Shown: one piece after another, positions 39,432 through 52,645 of the stretch
Layout of the letters: the number at the start of each line of letters is the position of its first letter
Numbering within the stretch: the first letter of the stretch is position 1
Assembly (NCBI GenBank): GCA_951406725.2
Contig: OX597832.1
Location: 55,242,001 to 55,306,000, forward strand
Direction: 5' to 3'
Source of the DNA: Octopus vulgaris
Taxonomy: Eukaryota
Length of the DNA stretch: 64,000 nt
Made by a program: the position numbers and the translations under genes
The notes under the pieces: model-generated
The model's input: only the letters and a program-made list of their open reading frames with translations
Told to the model about the DNA's origin: nothing
Databases searched by the model: none

Positions 39432-40065
39432 TTATTCTTTTTATTGGCCACAAGGGCTGACACACAAGATTAGAAAACATAAAGGGACAAAACAGGTCGA
39501 AAGGTTACAAAGGGTTTTTGTCCGTTTGTGAAAAAATCGTGTAAAAACAGATTAGCAACGAAAGATTGTAACAATGAAAAAAGCTCCCAATAGGGGGAGG
39601 CGCTTCGAAAGGTTCCTGGTGGAAAAAAAAAACCCATAAAAGCCAACGGGAGCCTGGTCAAGAAGGGGGGTAGAGAGTCCCTTTTCTCCTCTTATAGTAC
39701 CTTTTTGAATCACAGGCGAAACCTGAGAACTGGTCCATTTATACTGGCCATTCTCGCACAATTCACCCACCTTTCAGAAAACTTGCTATCGGACAGCACT
39801 CTCCTCTCTAACCACATCTTCCTTTTCAAGTGAAACTTGAAAAAGTTAATAAATAATATTAATAATTAATTCGTTTATTGGCCACAAGGGCTGACAAAAA
39901 TTAATTAAAACATAAAGGGACAAAACACAGGAGGAGGAAAGTTACAAAGGGTTTTTGTCCGTTTGCAAAAAAAAAAAACGTGTAAAAATTCCAGAAATAA
40001 CAACGAAAATATAACAATTGAAATTCCCAATAGGGGGAGGCGCTTCGAAAGGTTACTCGTGGAAT
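39431..40065 (-). mobile_element. Two tandem 3' ends of a Tx1/L1-like LINE (39431-39850 and about 39870-40065)
   Basis: Minus frame INFFKFHLKRKMWLERRVLSDSKFSERWVNCARMASINGPVLRFRL* (stop at 39710-39712) resembles Tx1/L1 ORF2 C-termini. The 3'UTR is duplicated and the 3' ends abut (AAT)n. Confidence 0.65.
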
Positions 40066-40634
40066 AATAATCAGGGATGGATGGAGTTTGTAGTTATTTC
40101 AATGAATCGCTACGCGCGTTTCCACAAACCTCGTTTCTTACGATCATAGTCCGTATTTCTTCACAATTATACATAGAGGGTGTGCGTGCATGTTTGTGTG
40201 TTTGTCTCCCACCACTGCTTGACAAGTGACTTTTTCTCCACATCATACCTTCAAAGCAATGAGACTGGAAGGCTACATTATGATAGCTGATTTTCAGATA
40301 TTTTACTTTTTTTTTTTTTTAAATGCATATTTTGTGAATAAAAAAAAAAAAAGATTCTGCATCTCCCTCCCCCCCTCGTCCCACCCAAAAAATGTTTTGG
40401 AGAAAAGCATAACATTTCTTCTATCTTCATGCTCAGCGTGTATATACAGAGATTGTTATATTGTAGAGTGTATACTGTGTGCATATCGCGCCCGTATATA
40501 TTCCCATTGTGTGTGTATATTTACATATTGAGATTTCAAATACGAACAAATTCAGTGCTCGCACATTTTCTTTCCTTCTTTCTTTCTATATTTATTTATT
40601 TATTTATTTATTGTTCTTGCAGGTAACTCCAACC

Positions 40635-43600
40635 ATGAGTTGCGGCTACAAAGAAAGGGTGTTTAATATGCCTGTTAGACAACCGTCGAAAGGTGCCATG
40701 CCGTCTGAAGTTGATTGTCAGCAGCCCCCACAGATAAACGGCGATACTATGGCCAAACAACATGCCAGTCAGATACGGCTTCCTCCCAAGAAAGACTTTC
40801 GGTCGGATACAGAACAGTTACAGCAACAGATCCAGAAGGTCTCTCCATTCCCTTCTGTCCACGCTCTGCGCAACACCGATAGTCCCCTTGACCTGTCGGT
40901 TAAAACACGCAAGCGTAGTCCGGACACTACGATATTCGATCCATTCCTCAGTGGATTATCACCAATGAAGAGACCTAAAGTCCCCTCCCAACTTGCCCCA
41001 CCTAGTCCTCTGGATTTAACTAAAACCAAGAACTCGTCATTCAAACAAATACCGGGAAGTATGATGACACCACCTTTTCTTGTGCAGAACTCTTACGTAT
41101 ATAAAACCGCGGCACTCAAAACAGTATCACCGAAACCAAAATCTAACAAGCCGTCCAAATGTAAAGAAGTTCCTAGCCCTTTAAAATCAATGTCAGACAG
41201 TGTCGGTAGCAATCGAATGGCTAACAGTCAAACCGCTAATCGATTCAAATTAAACGCAGGTTACATTGGTTATCCTCCATTATTTGTTCCAACCACAAGC
41301 AGCGTTTCATCGCCGCCTTCCCTCTCTAGTAAATCTCCCCTGGCTCACCCCGATGCTCGTTCCGGTTTGCAAATGTCTCCGACTGTGCGTGATTACCCGA
41401 CTGACTCCCTCAAATCTCAGCGATCTATCCAAGCTACTTCAGGACACACATCGTCACCAACGTACGATTCACAGCACTGTTTAACATTAGCACGTTCTCA
41501 TTCATCGCAACATCACCACCAGCAGCAGCAGCAGCAGTACCAGTACAATCAGCAGCAGCGGCAACAGCAACAACAATCACAGCAACATTATCAACCGCAC
41601 CAGACCTCACATCAGACTTCACGACAGATGCAGGTAACCAACCAGAGGTGCCAACTATTCCCCCAGCAAACGTCAAACCCTTATCTGCCAGGCCCTCAGC
41701 CATCACAGACGTTGACATCCTCTCAACGCCAGTTACCACCTTCACCGCACCATCATCGGTTGAGAGATCAAGAACTCTCTCAACACCATCAACAGCAGTC
41801 ACAACAACAGCGGCTGCAACAACAACAAATCACACATCAACAACAACAACGCCTACAGCAACATTACGTTTCACATCGCCACCAAACATCTCCTCTTCAC
41901 TCATCCTCATCTCTGTCTTCGCCAACGACAGTGACAATAGCATCGACATCAACGCCATCACTTCCCTCTCCATCGACTTCTTCTGCGCGTGTCTCAAACT
42001 TATTATCAGGAAGGGCAGCTAGTCACACCGACGTTGGCAACATGACCGCCAGTATGTCAGCGAAAGTATTTCCCTTCCATCAAATGGAGGCTAAGAAGTT
42101 TGAAAATTGTTCTACAGCTGGCAAATCCCATACGAACGGTGGTGGTCCGGGTGCAGACTTGACATCTCTTCGTTACAGCCCCGACAGTACTAACTGTTCG
42201 ATAGCCAAACGTAACACGACAGATCTACATGCACAGTCGGCAGCACGCCTCGTCGCTCGCCATCAGCAACAGCTTACGCCGATGGCCGCTCAGATGCATA
42301 TGTCAAGCCAAGAAAAATCCAACATCCAATTGATGCAGGCCGGCAAAAGTTCTTCAAACAAGCTTAGCTCTCTTGCGTCGATATCCTCGTACCAACAACA
42401 TCAACAACAGAAGATGTATGTACCGGGTCCTGTGAGTCAGAAAAATACTTCAGAAAACAGCAAAAGGCACAGTAGCGGAGCTTTGACTTCACTGTCACCG
42501 AGCAAGCAAGCTCTGATGATGGAATCACAACTAAGCAAAGCTTATCCTTCGTACCAACAGCAACAAAGGCTACTGTATATGTCTAACCAAACTCCCTTTG
42601 CACCTGTTCCCTTATCTTTATCGTCACCCTCATTGTCTTCATCTACGACCACCACTGATGTCAACTCAACTTCACTTACATCCGTCCTCAACATTTCAAA
42701 ATCCTCAATTCCTCACGGTGTGCAGAAACAACAGAAACAGTCTTTTGGAGGAAGTCAGTCGCATTACTCTGCTGGCTCCGGTGTCGAAGTCACTTACAAC
42801 AGCGCCAACAATAACAGCAGCTGCAGCAGTAGTAGTAGTAGCAGTAGTAATAGTACTTCTACCACCACAACAGCCAATAATCACTTAAACCTAAAATCGC
42901 CGTTGCATTCAACAATGGATTCACTGAAGTCTGTTGATTCTAATGATGACGTCAGGATTATCAGTCCAACAACCAGCTGTAATAGCAGACAACCTAAAGA
43001 TGTACCAATTATCAACGTGATTTCAGATTCTAACAGCTCATCATCTGAAAGATCTTCCCTGAAGGTTGTCCATAGTAACAGTAGTGGTGCTAATTCCAAG
43101 GAATACCAGAACTCGTCGAATGCTGCTGACTCTATTCCACCATATAGCACTCCTTTGTCGATAAATATTCCAAGTGATATCTCTGCAGAAGCCTCCCATT
43201 CTTCAGCTAGTAACAAGAAAGTAGATGTTATGATAACCAAATCTGCCTCTGAAAGCAAAGACCCAAAACTTGGTTCTAGGAAGCATATTATAATGAATGC
43301 TGTCAATCAAGATGAAGCGCTGAAAAAGGCGTTCCACGTGGAAAACGGAATTGTAACCGTCAACCCGCACGAAGAAAGCATATCAGAATCTTCTCTTATC
43401 AGTATTAGCCCAACACCATCGCCTAAAATGCCGATATTAAGTCCTCAACACAAGAACCCGCCTCGTGTCGGTTCACCATCCACAAGCGAACCGCCGCCAC
43501 TGGAACCTAGTTCAGCGACGTTTGTAGACAACTCGAGCCCAGATGCATTTATCCAAGATAATGCTGAAATAATTATGAGGCCAACTCTCGAAGTGAAACG

Positions 43601-45104
43601 GAACTCCACAAATGGTATACCTCAAAATCTGAAACCTTCAATTCCTTACATTCATGAATCTATGTATCGCCCTCATTTTACACATCAGGAAGTTCCTCAC
43701 CCACTTTACGGTCACCCAATGTCATATCCGTCGGCTTTCAATAATCCGAACCTACATCTTCCATACATGCCGATCAGTTTGCCAACAGAGAACTCTCCTC
43801 TCCAGACAAACAGACTTCAGGACGGCATTAGACATCCGAAAACCGTCATGGACAGTATGCGAGATAAACGGGACGGTTTTAGTGGGCGCAGTACTATACG
43901 GAATAAAAACATCCCTGTTGCTAACGTTGCACCCATAGTTCAAGTGAAACAACACCATAAAACTGCAATCACCGCAAACAACAGCCTTCACAACAGTGTT
44001 AATGTTAGCCACGGCCTTCATATCAACCACCGAACTAATAACAATAATACAAATAATAATAATAATAACAACAGTATCAACAGCAACATTGGTAATAACA
44101 ACAACAGCAGTAATATTAATAGTAGTGGTGTTATTAGTAATAGTAATAGTAATAATATTAACAACAGTAACAACAATAACAGTAATAATAACGGCAACAA
44201 CAACAAGAATAACATGAACAGAAGTAACAACAGCAACTCGAGGAGCCCTTCGGAGGAACCGAAAATAATTTCTGTATCGACTGATAGCAATAGTCGTCGA
44301 TCGAGTACGGACTCGAAATGTGCCAACAAGGGCAGGGATTCCAGCGATAAAGTCGCTTCCCCGATGCCGCGCACTTTTTTCTCTACTAAAAACATCATCT
44401 CAATGATTCAGAATTCTGACAGTGATAACATTCTGGAATCTACAGTGCAGATGTGCTGCGATGCCAACACCCCCAAGGGGAAGATGTCACTGAAGGACGC
44501 TATCAACACTCTGCTAGAAAAACACTGCCAAGAATTACACGTGGACACGGACAATTCCGACAAGATCTCCTCGTGTATGTCTTCATCCAAGTCTAGCGAT
44601 GTTGAAATTATTGAAAATCCTTTCCAGAAAGTTGATGATGATGACGGCGACGACGATGACGATATTGTTATTACTGGTACTGAAACGAGGAGCAAACCAG
44701 ACGAACCTGCGACGTCAGACATGAAGGAACAATCGCTCGGGAAACAACACAATGGCAATTATGATGTCATCGTTGCCCCGGATTATTCGTCAAATTTTCA
44801 ATCAAACCGCATTCCAAATGAACGCGATGCACATCACCGCTTGAGACAGAAACTTTTAGGTTCAGTGAACGAAACGTCTAATAACAACAACAACACTAAC
44901 AACAACACATCAACTGATTCTTACCATCGGTGGAACGAATCTGATGACCAAATTATAGATTCCAGCAAACCACAACATTCTCACATATCATCTGCCGTTC
45001 ACATTTCTGCTGAACATCCTGGGAATTATACGGATATACCTTTTCAGCGGGATAAGTTTCCATGGGATACCTCAAGTACTTTAAATAAAAGAAAACATGT
45101 GGAG
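40635..45104 (+). CDS. Large first coding exon (exon 40623-45104) of a disordered Q/S/N-rich nuclear protein with two CtBP-binding PxDL(S/T) motifs; putative transcriptional co-repressor
   Basis: About 1490 uninterrupted codons. Pyrimidine tract plus TTGCAG acceptor ends at 40622; ATG at 40635 in ccaaccATG context; GAG|GTAAAT donor at 45104/45105 (phase 0). PLDLS at 40884-40898 followed by basic KTRKRS; PLDLT at 41007-41021; poly-Q, poly-S and poly-N tracts. No transposon insertions inside, unlike the flanks. Confidence 0.9.
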
Positions 45105-45271
45105 GTAAATTATAAACATTTCTTTCCCCCTTTTTTTAAAAATGATTTTGATGGTTTATATGTTAGTAGCCAATCCATTCTAAAAACAGATGTTTATTTA
45201 TATTTCTGGCTTAGATTTCCTTTTAATCGGTTTCTTAGCGTGATATGAAATTAATCAGATTATTGCGACAC

Positions 45272-46720
45272 AAGGCGGCGAGCTGGTAGAATCGTTAGCA
45301 CGCCGGACGAAATGCCTAGCGGTATTTTGTCTGCCGTTACGTTGTGAGTTCAAATTCCGCCGAGGTCGACTTTGCCTTTCATCCTTTCGGGGTCGATAAA
45401 TTAAGTACCAGTTACGCACTGGGGTCGATGTAATCGACTTAATATCTATGTCTGTCCTTGTTTGTCCCCTCTGTGTTTAGCCCCTTGTGGGTAATAAAGA
45501 AATAGGTATTTCGCATGCCGTTACGTTGTGAGTTCAAATTCCGCCGAGGTCGACTTTGCCTTTCATCCTTTCGGGGTCGATAAATTAAGTACCAGTTATG
45601 CACTGGGGTCGATATAATCGACTTAATACCTATGTCTGTCCTTGTTTGTCCCCTCTATGTTTTAGCCTTTTGTGGGCAATAAAGAAATAATAAATGTTAG
45701 CACGCAGGGCGAAATGCTTAGCGATATTTTGTCTGCCGTTACGTTCTGAGTTCAAATTCCGCCGAGGTCAACTTTGCCTTTCACCCTTTCGGGGTCGATA
45801 AATTAAGTACGAGTTACACACTAGGGTCGATCTAATCGACTAGCTACCCCCCTCCCAAATTTCGGGCCTGTGCCTAGAGTAGAAAAGACTATACAGGGTG
45901 GCAATAAAGCCACTATACAATTACTTACAATAAGAAAGCAAAGCAGAATTCTTGAAGCAGGTGGCTTGCAGCTCGAACAGTATCGGTAATTAAATTACTA
46001 TTGTTTACCATAGCATTTTATTGTCATTAACCAGAACCATTTTAATAATTAATTTATGGACTGTTCATTAGTTGGTTTATCTTAATTGTTATTGTAAGTA
46101 ATAGTCGATTAGATCGACCTCAGTACGCAACTGGTACTTATTTAATCGACACCGAAAGGATGAAAGGCAAAGTCGACCTCGGCGGAATTTGAACTCAGAA
46201 CAGAACGTAAAGACAAACGAAATACCTATTTCTTTACTAACTACAAGGGGCCAAACACAGAGAAGACAAACAAGGACAGACAAACGGATTAAGTCGATTA
46301 TATCGATCCCAGTGCGTAACTGGTACTTATTTAATCGACACCGAAAGGATGAAAGGCAAAGTCGACCTCGGCGGAATTTGAACTCAGAACTTAACGGCAG
46401 ACGAAATACGGCTACGCATTTCGCCCGGCGTGCTAACGTTTCTGCCAGCTCGCCGCCTTAGAAAGGATTATTAATTTGGTAATATACAACAACAACAAGC
46501 TGGTAGAATCGTTAGCACGCCGGACATTGTACTTAGCGGCATTTCGTCCATCTTTAAGTTCTGAGTTCAAATTCCGCCCAGGTCGACTTCGCCATTTATC
46601 CTCTCAGAGTCGATGGAATAAGAAATAAGTATCAGCCAAGAACTGGGGGGTCGATGTAATCGACTAGCCCCCATCCCCTTCCCGCGAAATTCCAGGCCTT
46701 CTGTCTATAGTAGAAAGAAT
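45272..46720. mobile_element. Intronic SINE-A cluster: + trimer (45272-45888), - dimer (46103-46459), + monomer (46497-46720)
   Basis: Family matches. Confidence 0.88.
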
Positions 46721-47668
46721 AGTTAATTTGGTAATGTATTGCTTTCGGTCATAAAAAAAAGTTACGTTTATATTTGGAAGAGGACAGCGTGACGTAGTGA
46801 GAGCAAGTCTTTTGGTTATGTTTATTTGCTTCCACCGAAAAAATATCGCCTTTCAAAATTTAATAAATATAAAAAGAAACAAAACGAGACAAAAACCACA
46901 AAGAAAATAATAAAATAAAATAATAATAACAAATAACAGCGATTTAATCATTCCGAACTTCGCATTCCTTTGAGTATTATTATGGAATTGATGTCAAATA
47001 CTCCTGAAAGTGCAGGGTTAGTTAATAATGCCGTATAGTTATTACAGATGTCGCCAAAAAAAATATTAAATAAACAAAAAAAATAAAATAAAAGGAAAGA
47101 GAAAAGAAAAGAAAAATGTCCACCGTGTGCTGCTGCTGATTTCATTTCCCAAAACAACTTTTAAGCATTTTGTTAATTGTTGGCAAAAAAAAAAAAAAAA
47201 AAAAAATAATAATAATAATAATAATAATAATAAAGCTACAAGAAAAAAAAATATGCATTCCTGTAAACTATAAAAACGTAACATATTACTAATATTACTT
47301 GTGTAGGGCCTCAAGTGATTTAAAACTACCATAAGTTATATAATTATAGACGGATTTTGTGTTTTAATTTTATCGTTCGCTGAAAGTAGAATGAAAATTA
47401 CATTAACAGTAAAACGTTAAAAGATTTTTTTTTCCTTTCGTTCGTTCGTTCGTTTAACAACTCCTTTCCCCATTCCTTCCTCTCCCTCCCCCCCGCTTCG
47501 GTTTTTGTCATTTTGTCGTCAATATATTACGTGACTTGTATTAAACTAACTGATTTATTAGTCAGCGACAAGTTCTGTTGCTGCTACTGTTAAGTCATCG
47601 ACCCCTTTAAAAAAAAAAAAAAAAAAAAAAAGCTGAAATCTACCTCTCCGTTGGCTTCACTTACAAAC

Positions 47669-47832
47669 AGGCGCAGGAGTGGCTGTGTGGTAAGTAGCTT
47701 GCTTACCAACCACATGGTTCCGGGTTCAGTCCCACTGCGTGGCATCTTGGGCAAGTGTCGTCTGCTATAGCCTCGGGCCGACCAATGCCTTGTGAGTGGA
47801 TTTGGTAGACGGAAACTAAAAGAAGCCTGTCG

Positions 47833-47869
<37 letters not shown>

Positions 47870-48080
47870 CTGTGTTTGTCCCCCCCCCCCAACATTGCTT
47901 GACAACCGATGCTGGTGTGTTTACGTCCCCGTCACTTAGCGGTTCGGCAAAAAAGAGACCGATAGAATAAGTACTGGGCTTACAAAGAATAAGTCCCGGG
48001 GTCGAGTTGCTCGATTAAAAGGCGGTGCTCCAGCATGGCCGCAGTCAAATGACTGAAACAAGTAAAAGAGTAAAAGAGAG
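47669..48080 (+). mobile_element. SINE-B, full length, young
   Basis: Nearly identical to 5935-6340. Confidence 0.9.
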
Positions 48081-48579
48081 ACGAATATTATTCATTCAGT
48101 GGGAATAATATCTAAGCAGTGAAAAAAAAAAAAAAAAGCCTTAACAGATATTTTCTGATGTCCCCCACCCTTATAACTCCTCGCTCTGTTTTACTAGCAG
48201 CCAGCCAGCCAGCTAGCACAACCTGCTAACGTAGAAACTAGTTAAGCCTTACGTTGGCAATAAACATGACCGCCCTGACCAGCCATTTGATACTTTGCTT
48301 AGCTGTCTTTCCTGACTTACAATAATAATAATAATAATACAAATAATAATAATCGCCGCTGCTTCTAGTGTTGTTTTCACTTGTCCTAGATTTTTTAACT
48401 TCCATTGTTCATTGTTGCTATTTCCATGAAAGTATTGAATATAATAACTAAGTACGTTTGTATTTAAATATTGTACACTTCAAACATTTTTTACTTATTT
48501 AATCGCAAGCATTCATTTTCTTTCATTCACCCTATGTAGTTATTTTTATTTATTTATTTATCTTATTGTTGTCATTATT

Positions 48580-49505
48580 AAGGCGGCGAGCTGGCAGGAA
48601 CGTTAGCACACCGTGCGAACTGCGTAGTCGTATTTCGTCTGCCATTACGTTCTGAGTTCAAATTCCGTCGAGGTCGACTTTGCCTTTCATCCTTTCGGGG
48701 TCGATAAATTAAGTACTAGTTACGCACTGGGTCGATGTAATCGACTTAAATCCGTGTGTCTGTCCTTGATTGTCCTTTCTGTATTTAGCTCCTTGTGGGC
48801 AGTAAAGAAATAGGTAATTCGTCTGCCGCTTACATTTTGAGTTCAAATTCTGCCGAGGTCCACTTTGCCTTTCATCCTTTCGGGGTCGATAAATTAAGTA
48901 CTAGTTACGCACTGGGTCGATGTAATCGGCTTAAATCCGTGTGTCTGTCCTTGATTGTCCTTTCTCTATTTAGCTCCTTGTGGGCAGTAAAGAAATAGGT
49001 AGTTCGTCTGCCGCTTACGTTTTGAGTTCAAATTCTGCCGAGGTCCACTTTGCCTTTCATCCTTTAGGGGTCGATAAATTAAGTACCAGTTACGCACTGG
49101 CTCGATGTAATCGACTTAATCCGTTTGTCTGTCCGTGTTTAGCCCCCTGTGGGTAGTAAAGAAATAGGTATTTCGTCTGCCGCTACGTTCTGAGTTCAAA
49201 TTCCGCCGAGGTCGACTTCGCCTTTCATCCTTTCGGGGTTGATTAAATAAGTACCAGTTACACACCGGGGTCGATATAATCGACTTAATCCGTTTGTCTG
49301 TCCTTGTTTATCTTCTCTGTGTTTAGCTCCTTGTGGGTAGTAAAGAAATAGGTGTTTTGAGTTCAAATTCCGCCGAGGTCGACTTTGCCTTTCATCCTTT
49401 CGGGGTCGATAAATTAAGTACCAGTTACGCACTGGGGTCGATGTAATCGACTCATCCCCCCCCCGCCTAAAATGGCCGCCCTTGTGGCAAAATCTGAAAC
49501 CATTA
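48580..49505 (+). mobile_element. SINE-A pentamer
   Basis: One head, four tail-1 units joined at AAAGAAATAG|GT (about 48812, 48999, 49168, 49352), and a last unit with a different tail. Confidence 0.9.
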
Positions 49506-51190
49506 TTATCATTATTGCTATTTCTATTCACTGCAAATTTTTCGCCATCATTTGCGTTCTTATTAAGACTTTTGTGAGCAATTTCTCCTTTATTTCCTGT
49601 TTAGCGTACATTTTACGTTCGGGACATTTTCACAACACGGTTTCACCCTCCTCCCGCAATCGACTTTTCTGTTGGCAATTTGGCTAATTGATATTATACG
49701 ATTCTCTGAGCTAAATTATATCGTTTGTGGCAAATGTACCTGACTGTAAATTAAATATTTCTCATTAATTTGATGCCATTTCTATCTAGATACGATTTCG
49801 GGGCTGTTTGTTTGTTTGTTTAACATTTGTAAAAGACCGTTGGGTGTTTCCAGTGGAGAAGGAAGACTGAAGACATATCTTAAATTGATGTAGCTGGTGT
49901 TGGATTTTCAATCCCGTCCGTCTACATTCTGGGTTCAAATTTCACTACGATCGACTTTACTACTTTTCGCTCTTCGTTGATAAAATAACTCCCCTAATAT
50001 ATACGGTGCCCACTTAATCCTTTCCTACAAAAAAAAAATGACTTCTGCTTAATCAAGAGAATGACCTTGACATTTCACTGCAATTAAATGGATCCTTTCC
50101 TCGACGTATTAGTTAGGGGGAAAATATGAATGCCTTCCTGGGGCTAAAAACAACAGTAACGCCGTCTTCTATAGGACCGCCACATTTTGTTGACAAATAT
50201 ATTTTATGAATAAACGGACAGGGATAAATAGACAGACAGACAAATAAATAAATGGATGAAAAAGTTCAAAATTTAAAATCACAGAAGGGGGTGAAATTTG
50301 CGCCCCTTATTAAACTTTATAACATTAATTATTAAACTTTAATGTTTTTTCTCATAACAATGACTACAGGTTGTTGAATAACTGGTGTATTCATGGATTT
50401 ACAACAGAAGTTGTGGTTTCTAATCCAGTGAAGGTTTTTCCCCAAATATATAATACTCTTCTTTTCACATCTATGTAGTCCCTTTATGTTTCACATATAT
50501 AGCACTTATGTTTTCACATACATGTAGTATCCTTGTAAGGTCGCGTGGCCTGGTGGTTATGATGTTTGCACTTACGATTGCAAGATTCTGGTTTTGATTC
50601 CTGGACCGGGGGTTTCGTTGTGTTCTTGAGCCAAACTCATCATTCTTCACGTTGGTTCACTCCACTCAGTTGTAAGCGAGTAACTGCATTGCGACGGACC
50701 TGCGTCCCGTCCAGATAGGTGCGTTGTGACTTCGGACACTTATTCGCCATGGAAACAGGCTGACCGACCCTATGAGTCCCAGGACACAAGACAATAATGT
50801 CCAGAGTATCTAAATTGTCACTGCGTGTATACCACATATTGATTTCAAATTTTAGCACAAGGCCAGCAATTTCCAGGGAAAGGGGTAAGTCGATTCCATC
50901 GACCCCCAAAGATCAACTGGTACTTATTTTATCGATCTTGTAAAGGATGAAAGGTAAAGTCGACTACACCGGAATTTGAACTGAGAATGCAAAGACGGAC
51001 GAAATGCCGGTATGCATTTTGCCTGGTGCGCTAACGACTCTGCCACTTCGCCACCTTTTAAAGAATGAAAAGCAAAGTCGACCATGGCAGAATTTGAACT
51101 CAGAAATACCGCGAAGCGTTTTGCCTCATGCGCTAACGACTCTGCCAACTTCACCGCCTCATACATGCTATGTAAAATAAATAAATAAAT

Positions 51191-51648
51191 GCGCCCTTTT
51201 AAGGCCTAGCCAGGTGTTCCCCAGCTGGACGGGACGCCAGTCCATCGCAGCGTTACTCATTTTTACCAGCTGAGTGAACTGGAGCAACGTGAAATGAAGT
51301 GTTTTGCTCAAGAACACAACGCGTCCCCCGGTCCAGGAATCGAAAATACGATCTTACAATCATGGTGCTGACACCCTAACCACTAAGCCATGCCCCTCCA
51401 CTGCGCCCCTTTAAGGCCTAGCCAGGCTCATGGGCCCGGTTTCCCAGTTTCTATGGTGTATGTGTTCCCCAGCTGGACGGGACGCCAGTCCATCGCAGCG
51501 TTTACTCATTTTTGCCAGCTGAGTGGACTGGAGCAACGTGAAATGAAGTGTTTTGCTCAAGAACACAACGCGTCCCCCGGTCCAGGAATCGAAACCACAA
51601 TCTTACGAACATGGTGCTGACACCCTAACCACTAAGCCACGCGCCTCC
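51191..51648 (-). mobile_element. SINE-E tandem dimer (tRNA head plus CORE-like TGTGTTCTTGAGCAAAACACTT)
   Basis: Two head-to-tail copies; older relative at about 50535-50800 (+). Confidence 0.85.
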
Positions 51649-51976
51649 ACCATACATGCATGCTTATGTACTATCATTCAATAAACGACTGAAAGCATTT
51701 GTTATATCTACTTCAGCTACTTATATCCGAACGAAGTGCGATACTTCTCCTCCCATTCGCCATGTCCCCGCTCCCTGCCTCACTTGACTTTCCCTCCAGC
51801 TCATTTCGTGATTCTATTTCCGTTTAACGTGGCAAACCACAAGAGTCGGTGAGGTTTTTTGTCACGAGACACACACACGACATGCAATCATAGTCCGCTC
51901 GTCCGACACTCTAATGACATCAGCCGGATTTCATAAAATCGCCCCATATTGTCTTGTCTTCGAACAAGAGGTAACA

Positions 51977-52213
51977 AAGGCGGCGAGCTGGCAGACACGT
52001 TAGCGCGCCGGGCGAAATGCTTAGCGGTATTTCGTCTGTCTTTACGTTCTGAGTTCAAATTCCGCCGAGGTCGACTTTGCCTTTCATCCTTTCGGGGTCG
52101 ATAAATTAAGTACCAGTTACGCACCAGTGCGTCGATGTAACCGACTTAATCCGTGTGTCTGTTCTTGTTTGTCCCCTCTGTGTCTAGCTCGTTGTGGGTA
52201 GTAAAGAAATGGG
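51977..52213 (+). mobile_element. SINE-A monomer
   Basis: Family match. Confidence 0.88.
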
Positions 52214-52349
52214 TAACAACAGCGGACGATGTAGGTTCCAGATAAGTATAAAAGACGAGGTGGTCAAAGCTGGAATGACTTTTAATCTTGTGTTGGTTCA
52301 GTTAACGCTGGCTTGGAGCTAAACAACAAGACCATGGATAAACAAAGAG

Positions 52350-52388
<39 letters not shown>

Positions 52389-52603
52389 CGGCGGCGGTGG
52401 TATATTACGTACCAGTAAAACACTGGGGTCGATGTAATCGACCAGTCCCCTCCCCTCAAATAAGGATTATTATCATCATTATCATTCTTCTTCTTCTTCT
52501 TCTTCTTATTATTATTATTGTAAAGCCTCGTTCTTATTCTATCAGTCTTTTTTTGCTGAACCGCTAACTTGCAGGGTCGTAAACACACCCACACCGGTCC
52601 CCC

Positions 52604-52645
<42 letters not shown>

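Noticed and set aside
40479-40622. N-terminal extension of the 1589-aa ORF, and its tail at 45105-45248
   Set aside because: These are intron sequence: polypyrimidine tract and acceptor upstream, AT-rich sequence after the GT donor downstream.
40762-44758. Overlapping and antisense ORFs within the giant exon
   Set aside because: They are shadows of low-complexity codon usage (CAG/AAC/AGT repeats).
48580-49505. CRISPR-like or retrozyme-like regular repeat array
   Set aside because: There are no unique spacers or cas genes; the units are SINE bodies, and I found no CUGANGA...GAAA hammerhead core in them on either strand.
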